Shown piece by piece: positions 25,201 to 35,800 of a stretch of DNA of 64,000 bases. The translations under genes and the position numbers were made by a program. A model generated the notes under the pieces. The model was not told the origin of the DNA and searched no databases. It saw only the letters and a program-made list of their open reading frames with translations. Each line of letters starts with the position of its first letter. Position 1 is the stretch's first letter. Source of the stretch: Yuukianura sp. NJ FZ-2021 (Eukaryota); assembly GCA_046563655.1 (NCBI GenBank), contig CM102286.1:3286001-3350000 (forward strand), given 5' to 3'.

Positions 25201-28200
25201 ATTTTCAACCGAATGCCTCTCAGAATTCAAATTGAAAATGTCGACAGGAATTTTTTTCCTTTTTGAGAATCCTTCATTGAACATGGGAAGGTTCAAAGTG
25301 ATGGATGTCGTGTTTCGTATGGTTCAAAACTTACTAGAGAGAAGTCCAACGTCAAGTCATTTTTCTCAGTACAGAAGAAGGCAAAAACTATTTTGGATTC
25401 AAGAACCATAGAACCGATTTTAAACTTTTCATTTCTCTGCTGCCAAAAAATGCATCACATCACACCGTTTACAAGATGAGCATCATATTTGAGCCTCTTC
25501 GTATTCAGAACACCATGTCACAATTTGAAAAAAAAATCCCCCCAAAAAAAAAGTTTCATCCCAAAAGAAAGTTGGGGACGAAGTTAAGCATAGAATCGTA
25601 TAAGGCAAAAACGGAACACATTAAAGTTTTGGTCGAAATTTTCTTTCATTTATTCAAATTTGTTTTTAAATCTCCACAAAAAAGTCACTCCCTGTCATTT
25701 TTTGAATTGATCATAATGTATATTTCTCACCAAAATTCAAACCACCATTTGTGGATTTCTATTCCTTATGTACCTTACTTTAAAGTACTATTGTTAAAAA
25801 AGTAACAAATTCTTGAAATAGAGTTTGTTGTAGTTCGGGTGACCTTATACTGAAACAGGCCAAGTTTCGGAAGAGTGACAAATCCTAGTTCCTGTGTTTT
25901 TTTTCTTTCTGTCCAATTTATCTTCGTTAAGGAAATCCTCAAAACTTTTCAAGCGTTTTTCTTTTTTTTTCTAAGAAAAAATGTCATTTGTTCAAACAAA
26001 CAGTCACTTTGCTTCAACACAGACGCTAAAAGTCACTTGTCAGCTAAACTGAACAAACAAGAAAAGCTCTTCATTGGAACTTCCCATTTGAATTCCAAAG
26101 TCAAAAAAACGATCGTAACAGATCATGAAATCGTATAAAAATAGCACCAAAATATTCCAAATTTTAATGGAAACTTGGCACGAGATTTTGAAAAAAAGTT
26201 TGAGAATAGAGATAGTCATCAACCTGCATTGATTTGAAACGTTTGCCAAACCATGATCAAACGCAATTCTTCTGAAGCTGCTATTCTAATTCTAACTGGG
26301 TCGAAATTTTTAAACTTTTTCGGGATACGCTTAGGTTTAATTACTTTAAATTGTTAAAGATTAAAGGACTATATACTTTGTATTAGCATGTTTCATAATT
26401 AGCTAAAACTCTTCAATAAACTCCTTGAAGCTTTACGCACATGCCTTCGAAGTTCAAAATTATGATTACGTTTTCTGAGAAAGCAGGGGTTCCTAAGTGA
26501 AAAGTTATGGTAGTTTAGTTACTTTATGTCATAAGTTCACTTAAACTAAATTGGGAAGTAAAAAAAAAGTTTACGAAAGTTCGGGACTTACGGTACGATC
26601 TCCCAGATTCTTAACTCGACATCGAAGGAAGACATGGCTGTCAACTTGTTCAGAGATGTTGGTCATCATGGCATGTTCAAAGAACGGCTCCATCTCGGTG
26701 CGTCCACGCCCTTCTTCTCCACTGTTCCTGCCACCCCCACCGCCCCTACTGTAGGATCTGGATTCAGCCGAAGTTGGAACTTCAATGGAGGCTCGACTAG
26801 AATCTTCATCTGGATCGTCCCAGTCCTCAGGGATATGAACCCACGGGTTCAGACTTCGAATTGTGTCGGGAGAATCTGCTGAAATTTGAAAAAAGATGAA
26901 TCAAAATAATAAAAAATTGGCGAAAAGACTTTGTGTTGTACCTTGAGGCATAAAAATGTAAAAAGAAAATTGATCCTTCAGTTTCAGGAACCATCGAAGG
27001 TAGAAACGTTACAAAAGTAAAAACAAAAATAATGAGAGTATCAATCTAAAAAGCATGAATTTCGGTTTCAAAATTTTTGTATGTATCTTAGTTTGCCTTT
27101 GGCTCGTTGGTTTTGGAAACTTAGTTGCCTGAAAACATTCAATTTGATTTCAAAATTAGGGGAATCAGTAAATTGAACCCCTGCACTTGATGAGGTTGGA
27201 ATGTTTACGCAATCTAAAAAGTATTGGAAAGTCGCCTTCAAAGAAACTGAAGTGGCGGGAAACCTTAATGAGTTTTTGGTCCAAAACTTTTCCACATGAA
27301 GGCTACCCGCAACTACCAGTTAAAGTGCTTGATTTTAAATTATGGCTCTTCTTTGGACGCGGGAATTGAGAAAACTTTGACTACATACTACTATCTACCT
27401 GTCAGTATTGAATTAGTGGATTTCGTTTCACAACTTTGTTTATAAAAGCATAAAAACAGTCCACAACATAGATTCTCGGGAGCGTTTTTTATTTTACGAA
27501 GAGAAGGTTTTGTCGGCTTGATGTGCAAAATGATCAACATCAATAGTTCTACAAAATTTCCAGAAACAAAATATCCAGTGCCACACTTTCTATATTCTGA
27601 CTTGTGAATATTTTTGACCTATTTGTAGTCGAACAATTTGCTGTCGACCAAATATGCTTCCACCCACTTTGTTATTCAAGTGAAATATACAGTTTATTTA
27701 CTGAGTGTCGCCGTAAAAAACATAGTAGTCACTATGCACCACAAGATTTATGTTCCATAACTTAAAAAAGAAAGAGCTATTCCTGGTTGGTTGTAAAACT
27801 TTCCCGCTTTATTTAAAAGTTTGATTTGTTTTAGATCGCATAAAAATGACACAAAGATTACAGGATGCTTTCACCTTCGAGAATGCAACTGCTGCTTCTT
27901 TCTGCGTATCTTACGTTTAGTGTGACTGTTTTAGTTCATAAGAGTGGAATCTAATGTAGTTGATACGGTCTTTACCTTTTCCTTTGACGTTTTATCGACA
28001 AAAGAAACGTAAACATGTCAACTTTCCCTAGTTTCTTTTCCATTCCCACAAAAGTTTCTTAAGCCACTTTGTCTGAAACGTCTTTTTGTTCAATTTTTGG
28101 CACGACTTGGCTCTCATCTTTTGTAGTAATGTGTTCTTTCACACAAAAAAAATTGTGTTGTAGAATAAAAATCCTGGACAGGTTGTTTGTGTTTGAGCGG

Positions 28201-31006
28201 CTAAGAGAGAAAGTAAAAGGGGCTTAAAAGTTTTTTATCCACTTCGACAGTCTTGAACTTTCTGTTTTCTTTAGGTTTTGATTGAAAATGGAGGATTTCA
28301 ATACCGCCAGAATGTAACCTACCATATATACTTATTGCAAACATCACAACATTCTTCGGTTTCCTTCTTCTTGTTGGACTTTACGCAATTTAAGAGGCAA
28401 GAAAACAACGGAGAAAGTAATTCCGCCTTTCTCTTGTCCAGAACAAACTAAAAACTAATCTCAGTCGAAGTTACTATGATTGAAAACAGGGTTGTTTCAA
28501 TCCAAACAAAACCGTTTTAGAAAACTAAGCTTTCGTTACTTTTTTTTTAAATAGAAACAACTGCGGGATTTGAACCTCCTCCAATAGTTTCCTGGTTCCT
28601 CAACTCAAGCGATTTTTTGAAACTCTTGTGAGTTTGAATTAAAGTTTTGAAATGAAATTCTGGAAGTCTAGAGTTTGGAGTTGTAATGAATAAAATTGAG
28701 TAGCTTTCCACTTAAATTTTATGTTTAGTTTCTTCTCAATTTCTTCTTTTTCAAATTCACATTTGGCTTTGGACTTTTCCAGTACAAGGAGGGGGTGGAT
28801 ATGGAAATGAATTCATCGATTCAAGTAGAAGCGGAAGGAAAGCACAGCGGTTCTCCGCTCTGCTTGGCTCTTGAAATCAAAATTTACTAATTCTAAAATA
28901 TGAACGCTCTGCTCTGGGCCCAAAAACGCGGTCTTTTTAATTTTGATTTCGTGCAACCCTAAGCAGTATCCAGCCAAAAAGTTTACTCAAAAAGGCTTTA
29001 GCTTCAGGAAACAACGTCAGAAATGAAAAATTCTCACTTCCTCTCAAGGCCTACAGTCTTTCACAAGAGGGTTGCTGCTTGCTTGAAAACTTGTTTCTGG
29101 TCCATTGCGTTCCCTCATTTGTTGTCTACCGCACCATTGACTTGCGAAGTAGTAACATTGTTAGCAAGTAAGTGGCTGCCAGCGACTAGGAACTACAAAA
29201 GCTTTAGATAGTTAGCTCTCAGCTCCAGACGAAAAATAAACCCACATTCTGGGCATAGTTCACATTCAGTAACTGAATTTCAGAGTTGCTGATGTTCAGA
29301 TGATGACTATGCAAACAGAAACTTTGGTGAAAATTAGGGGAATCCAGAGAAAGTTAAAAGCTTTGGCAGTGAGTAGACACAAAGGGCAGAAGCGCGGAGC
29401 GGGAGAATTAAAATGAATAATTACACTCACCCTCATATAATGAAGTGTGTCGACTGCAAACATTATAGAAAGAGCGGGAAAATTTGAACTTTAGCAACGG
29501 AACACATCATTTACAAACTGAATTTAACAAGCCCTAAATCCCTCTTTGGCCCTTTGTCTTTTTCTGGTAGTTTGGCTATGGCTTCACTGATACAAGCTTG
29601 TCAAGCCACACAAAAGAGCAGAGAAATGCTTTGTACAAATTTTAATTTACTCCACTGTGGAACTAAATTAAAAGAAATTAGAAATGGACTTTATTACATT
29701 CATGTGTTTAATTTTTCGTTTTAAAGTGCAAGAAGCGTTCTATTTCCATTTGGTTAGTGAAATTAGAAGCAAGAGGATGGTGGTTTCATTTGAGCCTGTC
29801 ACTCAAACGTCCTCTTCCTACCAAATTAATTTCATCAATTCAAGTCCCTTTTCAGCATGAGGAGAAAGCTGCTTAACAAGGAGATTTTGAAATGAAAAGA
29901 ACTCGTCCGACTTTGACAAATTCCTTACTTTTTACACCAGGGCAACTCATAGTGAGAAAAAAAGCAATTGCAAACCCGAAAAAAAGTCAAATTCAAAAAT
30001 TTTCAGGGTGGAGAAAGTACTTTCTCGTCTTCTTATAATGTTAAGGCTGCCATCCATTCCCTTCCTTGACTTCCCCCCTGATACAAGAGCATTTTGAAGC
30101 CAAAACACTTGAACAGGGGCCCTTGCAGCTAGGAGCCAAACCCAGAAGGGCTCAGGAGGCCAATGTACTTGTAAGTACTGCTGAAGCGTGTAGTGGGCTG
30201 GAAGTCGTAAAAATATTAAGAAGGATAAAGGCCTCCTATAATAATATTTCATAACGCTGAAGTCTCTTCCGTTTCCTCACTATAGTTGGACACGGGAAAG
30301 GGTGGGTCACTAGGGGAAACTAACTTTGGTTTTCTGCTTTGAAATAAGAGTAAGGTCACTTTGAGTCTTCTTTCTCCAGGAGTAGTTAGTGTAGGTGATA
30401 AATTTGAAGCTTTCTGTTCATCCTGGAACCAACTCCATGGTCACTTCCAAGGGCCAACTAAAATGGAAGATATCGGGCAGTAGAGGTTCTTCAATACTAT
30501 AAGTCCCATTGATTTACACAGTTTCGTCTCTTGGCACGAGCGTGCTGTAGGCTATATCTTACAATACTTGGCAACTAGCTGCTTCGAAACAGCGTTTGAA
30601 TGAATATTGAACTCCTAAACTACTCTAATAAAAAATCTCACATAACCCCACCTCAACGCTCAAAACTTAAACTTAAAACTGGAGTTTTAAAAATGAAGAA
30701 ATTTTAGAATTGAGGAAACCCTAAAAAAATAAAAACTTCTTTGCAGTTTTGTTGAAAGTGGGCCACTCAATTTTGGATAAAAATTAAATTTAACTTCAAA
30801 GGAAGTTTCAGCAGCGGAAAATTTAAAAAAGCTTTGAATTTTTTTTAAAAGTTAGAAACAGAGTTCTTACTTAGCGGCAGAAGAGAAGTTGTGCTATTTG
30901 TATGATTTCGGAATACTTTTTGCTTCAAGTGCTCCTCGACTTCGGTGATTCCAGTTCCAAAAAGTAGGCAGAGGATCCATGCCACTAGACTTCTGTCCAG
31001 AATCAT
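1153..31006 (-). CDS. dpr12: Defective proboscis extension response (Dpr) family Ig-domain cell-surface protein, dpr12-like; 3' end lies beyond the left edge of the window
   Basis: Exons 31006-30871 (MILDRSLVAWILCLLFGTGIT..., signal-peptide-like, phase 1), 26878-26592 (...EPFFEHAMMTNISEQVDSHVFLRCRVKNLGDRT), 6969-6808 (VSWIRRRDWHILTSGRTVYTNDDRF...DDGTYECQ) and 1287-1153 (VSTSKGTISHFFNLEVLVPKAFILGAKEYHVQQGTVISLVCIVEN). All have canonical AG/GT boundaries and compatible phases. The SWIRRRDWHIL, YTNDxRF and VPxAFILG motifs are characteristic of Dpr proteins; the dpr12 assignment is from memory of the fly protein. Confidence 0.88.
2621..3335 (-). mobile_element. Non-autonomous DINE-1/Helentron-like (HINE) or MITE-like element
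   Basis: Inverted ends ATAATAGCGAAGC (2624-2636) and GCTTCGCTATTAT (3320-3332); the right end is itself a hairpin (3314-3332); (CAGA/CGGA)n microsatellite 3252-3300; GC-rich stem-loop near 2641-2656; internal GACAGGTGACACCCGG-type repeats 2743-2848. Confidence 0.7.
6808..6969 (-). CDS. dpr12: dpr12-like exon (Ig1 core)
   Basis: 54 codons, VSWIRRRDWHIL...DDGTYECQ, canonical splice sites. Confidence 0.93.
14880..16278 (-). CDS. 7TM chemoreceptor, divergent OR/GR-like (~373 aa), paralog 1
   Basis: Exons 16278-15930 and 15652-14880 with a phase-1 intron; multiple hydrophobic helices; C-terminus RALQPCCLRCGPLNYVDRGTVMIVNQNVLNYMTSLL. Confidence 0.78.
17126..18383 (-). CDS. 7TM chemoreceptor, divergent OR/GR-like (~382 aa), paralog 2
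   Basis: Exons 18383-18026 and 17916-17126 with a phase-1 intron; clear paralog of its neighbours (NPLVW, CGPLNHVDR). Confidence 0.8.
18390..18829. repeat. Two-copy tandem duplication (~212 and ~228 bp) of the sequence just upstream of paralog 2
   Basis: CCGCCTGTAAAAA...GATTATTTAAGCGTTTAGCTT at 18390-18601 and again at 18602-18829. Confidence 0.9.
19177..19398 (-). pseudogene. Decayed 3'-end fragment of a 7TM receptor paralog (relic A)
   Basis: Translates, with frameshifts and stops, as ...KSASLLCAN..KLQKMNERE..RSLPRTIRCPINLVDHGMVA*VLSGNIVNDMVTILIAH*, which aligns with the C-terminus of paralog 3. Confidence 0.75.
19410..19560 (-). pseudogene. Decayed 3'-end fragment of a 7TM receptor paralog (relic B)
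   Basis: Translates as NAFAFKL / HRCGSHSFIHRGMVVNVNGTMVSFMETIL; shares TTGACTACCATTCCACG with paralog 3. Confidence 0.7.
19581..20865 (-). CDS. 7TM chemoreceptor, divergent OR/GR-like (~382 aa), paralog 3
   Basis: Exons 20865-20511 and 20374-19581 with a phase-1 intron; C-terminus RSLRPCSIRCGPLKFVDRGMVVKVNENIINYMVTILL. Confidence 0.8.
21217..21581. repeat. Direct repeat copy 1 (~365 bp) flanking the IR-like gene
   Basis: Near-identical to 24516-24880 by visual alignment, with scattered substitutions. Confidence 0.93.
21888..24257 (-). CDS. Divergent ionotropic receptor (IR, iGluR superfamily)-like protein, intronless, ~789 aa
   Basis: Single ORF; signal-like N-terminus from the ATG at 24257; pre-M1 FLTCDG...FEFYAAPFDTFSW; M3-like LWTLALLVLTNAYKGIVVSFLSSPLP; late FGIFQLWEKW and a C-terminal TM ending in YE. 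Confidence 0.82.
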   Translation of the reverse strand: MDLFSISTVVTLLTQFAVHFATASHNSFQVTNLHLLINQFAHSDNLLVAGDDKHPEITAGFEVPVKLFYLKTKQKIYCNHNDKLLKQVAAVHLAGAGTRTSKLQYFAIFFVTPYYIGKNMFTKGPAKSKPRCVNLYHGKSIDDLISFDSKFTLNVIVHYLDFSLPRTHLFFHDLFSLVGRNPLVFSRLAPLTTNTKYYHSATNITDITYHNTASNFKTNDTHQLFAVPVMKIIPAVRNILNHKYYYEQPGTGPFVKIESKTHLNPFKRAQLNSNLTFLEYLQLLVFDEVQIFIFSSIANKFTAPNAKRELIIKEGDFRCITPNCHIAPTSFAVVIGTEKVNFLTCDGTSEVLTFEFYAAPFDTFSWFAAALFCFLVALTCTAFYIRTHIELAVKQFLRYAVNVFFVISLNVVDVFQKFPQNQNPESALTVVVTLWTLALLVLTNAYKGIVVSFLSSPLPIRQTFFTANQLEGFVLIQDFETSIYLPYDEILPAHTITYVNSTELATQVVCNCTPYFNTNYEHVHLDAVNYPILQQLLKLTQTTPKTCRNTSEVLLPSTLHEAIMCDHYALVKKSTTADSKLKLDQRQPHYNVPNEFVMANIYSYFQIWAHQTDTHFVLTKLDQMLSTCKKIALLGVEFNLNLFLAHHQNSRNGESQIFFRKGNQSQEIVKLFCMFDEFVHEKLQKYLAFGIFQLWEKWQPVRNPTANDEILKENLKRKRVLTLPKKINLKGNIRTCFYLMFCGLCFCGLTFLYETKSLVYKYVRQCALLLVTYTVHVAELWSSNSIKSN
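24344..24450. repeat. 58-bp two-copy tandem duplication upstream of the IR-like gene
   Basis: ATATCAAAATTG...AAACTGGAACGCCTTTA..CGTGTC starts at 24344 and again at 24402. Confidence 0.8.
24516..24880. repeat. Direct repeat copy 2 (~365 bp) flanking the IR-like gene
   Basis: Near-identical to 21217-21581. Confidence 0.93.
26592..26878 (-). CDS. dpr12: dpr12-like exon (acidic/Gly-rich linker plus start of Ig1)
   Basis: tttcag acceptor, GTAAGT donor, encodes PFF...VFLRCRVKNLGDRT. Confidence 0.88.
30871..31006 (-). CDS. dpr12: dpr12-like first coding exon (signal peptide)
   Basis: Pyrimidine tract and AG directly before the ATG; 45 codons + 1 nt; GTAAGA donor; phase matches the acceptor at 26878. 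Confidence 0.75.
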
Positions 31007-32668
31007 CTATGAGAGAGAAAGTAGAAAAATGGAAAAAGTTTAATTAAAACAAAACTCTGCCTAATTTGAGGTTACACTTCCCCTTCACTCTTCTAATTGG
31101 TTTTTATGGAAATTTCCGCACAGAGCCAGAGGCTCATCATGCCTCTTCTGTGTTCTAATATTAAAAGTACGCCCAAAATCATGCAAGATAAGCGGGTTGA
31201 GTCAAATTTTGAAATTGGGACGCGTGCACAACTCTTTTTTTTTTTATTTTTTTGCAAAACCAAGGGAAAGATTTTGATCAAATCATTTGCGGAGAAAATT
31301 TTCAATTTAAAAGAGAATTGGTTTTCTCTGCATCGTATCTGCATATTTTGCTGTAAAGTATCTAAAACTGCACACAGAGGAAGCTTCGATTGTGCTTCTA
31401 GGTTCCAAAATTTGTAAAATCTGAAAAGCAGGAAATTTCTTTTCGAAATTGAAATCTTTTCTTTTGAACGAGGCGTCAACAAAGGCTTTACTAACGGACT
31501 TGTGCTTCAACGCTTGATATAGTAAAGACTGCTTTTTCTACTTAACCGGGTTTTTCACTGCTGCCTGTTCCCAGCTCTTAGGGTTTTAAACAGATGAGAA
31601 AAAAGAGGCGGGATTTTTCTTTGGTTTTGGTTTTACTCTCTACGTTTTTTGAAATTGGAAGGATTTCGTTTGAGATTGACCAACCTTACGCAGTAGATCT
31701 TAAGAAAAAGTTGTGATTCCAAAGATAGTGAAGCTGCATGCAGGATTTTTCTTACGATTAGTAAGACTCCATTGATGGACAAAACGGACAAGAAAATTTT
31801 GGCCTGGTCCTACATTTCCGTTCTTCTGCTTCCTTGAAAAGTGATCGATTCGGAAGGAAACTCATGTCAAAAAGAATCTTCCGTTGACATGTTGACAATA
31901 CCGACGGGCATCCATTTCCTTCTCGCTTCACTTCCACTTTGTTCCAAATCCAATATGGCATGATACATTCAAACATTCAATTGCCCCATTTAAGGAAATA
32001 GCACACTCTGTTCCTTCCTTCAATAAATTGATCTCATCTCATCTCTCTGGCAAATAATCGACCAGAATGTTGCCTCTAGGCAACGGCGGTTAGAAAGTAA
32101 TCGAGCGTTTGATTCCTAGAAATCCTGGAAACGAACTCTAGCTACAAAAAATAAAAACGGGCAGGGAAAGTGATTCATGTCTGTTTAAGAACTTGCTCAG
32201 CTTAGGTTCAGTTTTCCCTACTACGCAAGTGCGTCAAACATTTTTGTAATTATCAATTATCAGTTATACCCCCGGTTGACCCAATTTCTGAAGGTGAAGA
32301 GTCGTCTATAGTGATGGAATTGTGTTCAAACCAATTCAAAAAAACTCAAATTTCGAAAAATCCATTGACCTAGTTTTAAGTTCGAAGGTGCTGAATTCGT
32401 TGGCAATTTTTAATTACGGAATCAATACCGATTGTAGACGAATTCCAGCTGTTGAACAATATCCTTACTTTTGACCGTGCTTGGCGCATACAATGCCCAG
32501 AGTTATTGGAATCCAATTGACGTTCTTTTTTCGTATGGAAAATAACAACTGTTGGTTTTACTAAAATGTTAAACCTATGAATCGATCATCATTTCATTTC
32601 CAAATATACAGTTTAAATTCGAAACGTTTTAGAAACAAACAGAAGTCAACTTGATAAATTTTTTTATA

Positions 32669-32854
32669 CAGTCACGCTTAAAACTGAACACCTTCATGGT
32701 AAACAACTTATTTATTTTTTAAACTATGAGGAGATTTCTGAGCCAATAATTGATTGTATTGACTGAACAGTATTTGTGTAAAAGAATTACAAGAAAAGTT
32801 TGCGAATATCCCTCATGAAAATCATTTTAGGGTGTTCAGTTTTAAGTGTGACAC
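32669..32854. mobile_element. ~185-bp MITE, Tc1/mariner-like
   Basis: 22-bp inverted repeats GTCACGCTTAAAACTGAACACC (32671-32692) and GGTGTTCAGTTTTAAGTGTGAC (32831-32852) with one mismatch; left end reads TA-CAGT; right outer end is degenerate. Confidence 0.7.
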
Positions 32855-35800
32855 GCAACTAACAATTAATTAAAATTGTTTTTTCTGAAAAGTATGTTAT
32901 TAATTGCTGTCTTTGTGAAAAAATAGCGTTTTCTTAATTGTCAGAGATATTTTTAAAACGGCTGACGCAAGCAACGGTTACCGTGCCTGCTTTGCTTTCA
33001 AACGCTTTTGAACATGGCGATTGCTTAAACATTATGAAAAGACGGAAAATTTTTAATTAATTACGCTCCCTTTCCATGATTGAATGACAGCATAAATGAG
33101 ATTCAAAATGACAAGAAGATTAATCAGAGCCGAAGGGAAGTCTAATACTCTTTAGCTGGTTTTCACCAGAAGACGGTTTCAAAAAGTGGTGACTGTGAAG
33201 AAACGGTGCTTGTTTAGTTCAAATGAATTTTCAAACCTTGACGGCATCTTTCACGCACCGTTCAATGGCTTTGCAAAGTGTTAAGCCAAAACTCTCTACT
33301 CGCTGCACGGTTTTCAAGCCCCAGCGCCTTGGTTTCACTTCAGAACAAAAGAACTTTCGCTAAAAACAAATTCCAGCCAAAGTGAAAGTTGGTGAAAGGA
33401 AACAGCGAAAGTGAAAAAACTTTTGTTTTCATTTTCCCCATCCACCAAACAATCAATCCCACAAAACACAACGAAGCTGCGGGAAAAAAACTTTACTTTT
33501 CGTGTCTTCAATTAATTTTAGGCAAATTACTTTCACTTGTTTTACTTTTTCTCAGCCTTTACTTTCTTGTTTTGACTTGTGTCATTTTTATTAAAAGTTT
33601 TAGTTAATGTTACAAAGACACAAAGAGAAATGTTACGTTTTCGGTAATGAAAAAATTTCAGAATATAAGGAAAAGTTCAATTGTAAAATGACAATTCTGA
33701 AAAAACGAAAACAAGAAGTTATGATAGAGAAAGGCTTCTGATGTCTTGCCTCCTTTACATAATTTCTTATGCTGACTTCAATTTTTTCCTCTTTTCATTT
33801 TTCATGCCGCTTTTTTTTTCATTTTTTTTAAACCAACTGAAACAAAACGAAAAAAGCCGTTCATCCCCGTCTTAGAATTTTTTTTCCTGTCTCATTCTTC
33901 CTGGAAATAATGCATGTTATTTATTCCCGTTCACTTTTTCAAATCTTGTATGAAACTGCACATGTAAAACACAACAAAATACGGAAATTTCTTATTCCTT
34001 GTTGGAAAAATGAGTTTCAGTGCGTACTTGGAATGTCGGAAACGCATATTCAGGGAAATGGAACATGACCTCTATACATAGTTTTCATAAAATGTAGAAA
34101 ACAGTTTTTCAGAAAATGGTAAATGGATTCTACCGTGCGTCTGCGTCATAACAATAATTAATAATTCTTATTCCACTTTCACTTTCCAAAACGAGCTCGT
34201 TCTACTTCTTTTTCCTCTCGGCTAGACTTGATTTCTAAGCGATTCATGCGTGGGTGTAATAGCAAAAATCTAGAAAAAATACTTTTGTTCAAACGGGTTT
34301 GTTCAAGCGGGCTTTTTCAAATGGGTCAACTGAAGAAGAAGAAATAGATTTGAAGGAAGAGGAAAGACCTCTTATGCATGGTAATGGACGCCCATTTCCT
34401 ATTGCCTCTATGGACTAGACTGAACCAAATGGGCCAAGGCAAATGCATCTATTCAGCAAGGCTAGAAGCATTCAGTAGGAAACACTTCTCATCTCAATTA
34501 CGACAATCGGATCTCCATTTATGTCTCAACGATCTGTTTCCACATACGAGTGACAGATGACCCCGCCACTCAAAAAGAAAATGGACATTAGGCTTTTGGT
34601 AAGAGCCTAAAGCACATACACTCTCCGTGCTAAAGGTCGTTTGAATCCATAAAAAATAACCTAAAACCTAATAAAACTTAAACTAACCCGCTGGATTTTT
34701 AGAAAATGATCTACATTATCATCAATCTTTCAACAGTTCCAGATGTAAGCAATTTCATTCGGTGATGTGTATGATATGTTACGCAAATGATTCGTTTACT
34801 ATCGCTATAAGGTAGAAATTTTGAATTGAACGAATTTGAGCTAAATAGTTTTTCTATTTTGAAAAATTTGAAAAGGCTATCATATTTAGTTGGAAGGACT
34901 AAATTGTTCCTTTGCGAATTTTTTCTTTGTCCAATGAATAATTTAAACAATTTTTTTTTATTTTAAGCTTTGTGGCGTAAACGCAACACGCGACGAAAAC
35001 AAATTTTAAAGTATTTCAAATAACAATTTTTTTTGCGAGTTTACAAATTTTGTTATGCATCCTAATTTGTACTATTTGGAGCAATGCGACTGCAAACAAA
35101 AGCCTGTACAGAAGCATTGTTCTTCAGCCTTTATTGGACACAAAGATCTCCATTTGTATTCAAATACCAAAAGAATGAAAATGGGGCGCATTGTTTTGTT
35201 CAACTGAAAACTAGAAAGTTCCAACATACATGTTTTTCTAATCTTCACGTTTAAGTTCTCAAGGGAACTCATCCAGAACAAAAGAATTTGGCCATAACTG
35301 TAGCAGTCTCCCACATGGTCTGACTTGCACCAGGAATCCGGAACCCCTTTACGGAGATTCGGACCGAGATTTGGCGGGATTTTGTAAGAATGTGTTAGAT
35401 TTCGCAAGTACACGGACTTTCAAAAGGTTCAAAATGTCCACATTTCCTTTTTATCGTTATGACAACTGCTAGTGGAGTACGAGGCCATATGAATAAAAGA
35501 AAGACGCAAGGGGACGGTGAAATGAACAAAATTAAAATCAAAGCTTTTTACAGTTACAACTTAAGGTTTAGTGGGACAGTAAAGCCTGGAAATGGTAGCG
35601 GGAAAAAACTAATTTGGGGCACAAAAGAGACTTCAAATTCTGTTAAACAGTTTGGTTGAAACAATGCCCAAGTTCTGAATAATACATCAGTTAGTTGACA
35701 TTAGAATCTGTAACTATGACTGTTAATTCTAGCTCATAGTGTTTTATTGGATTTATTGACTCATTTACAAAGTTCTGTGGAGGAGCTTTCAAAAAAAAAT

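Noticed and set aside
28545..28615. B-box-like GGTTCAAATCCC on the minus strand (tRNA?)
   Set aside because: No cloverleaf could be built; at most a degraded tRNA-derived SINE fragment.
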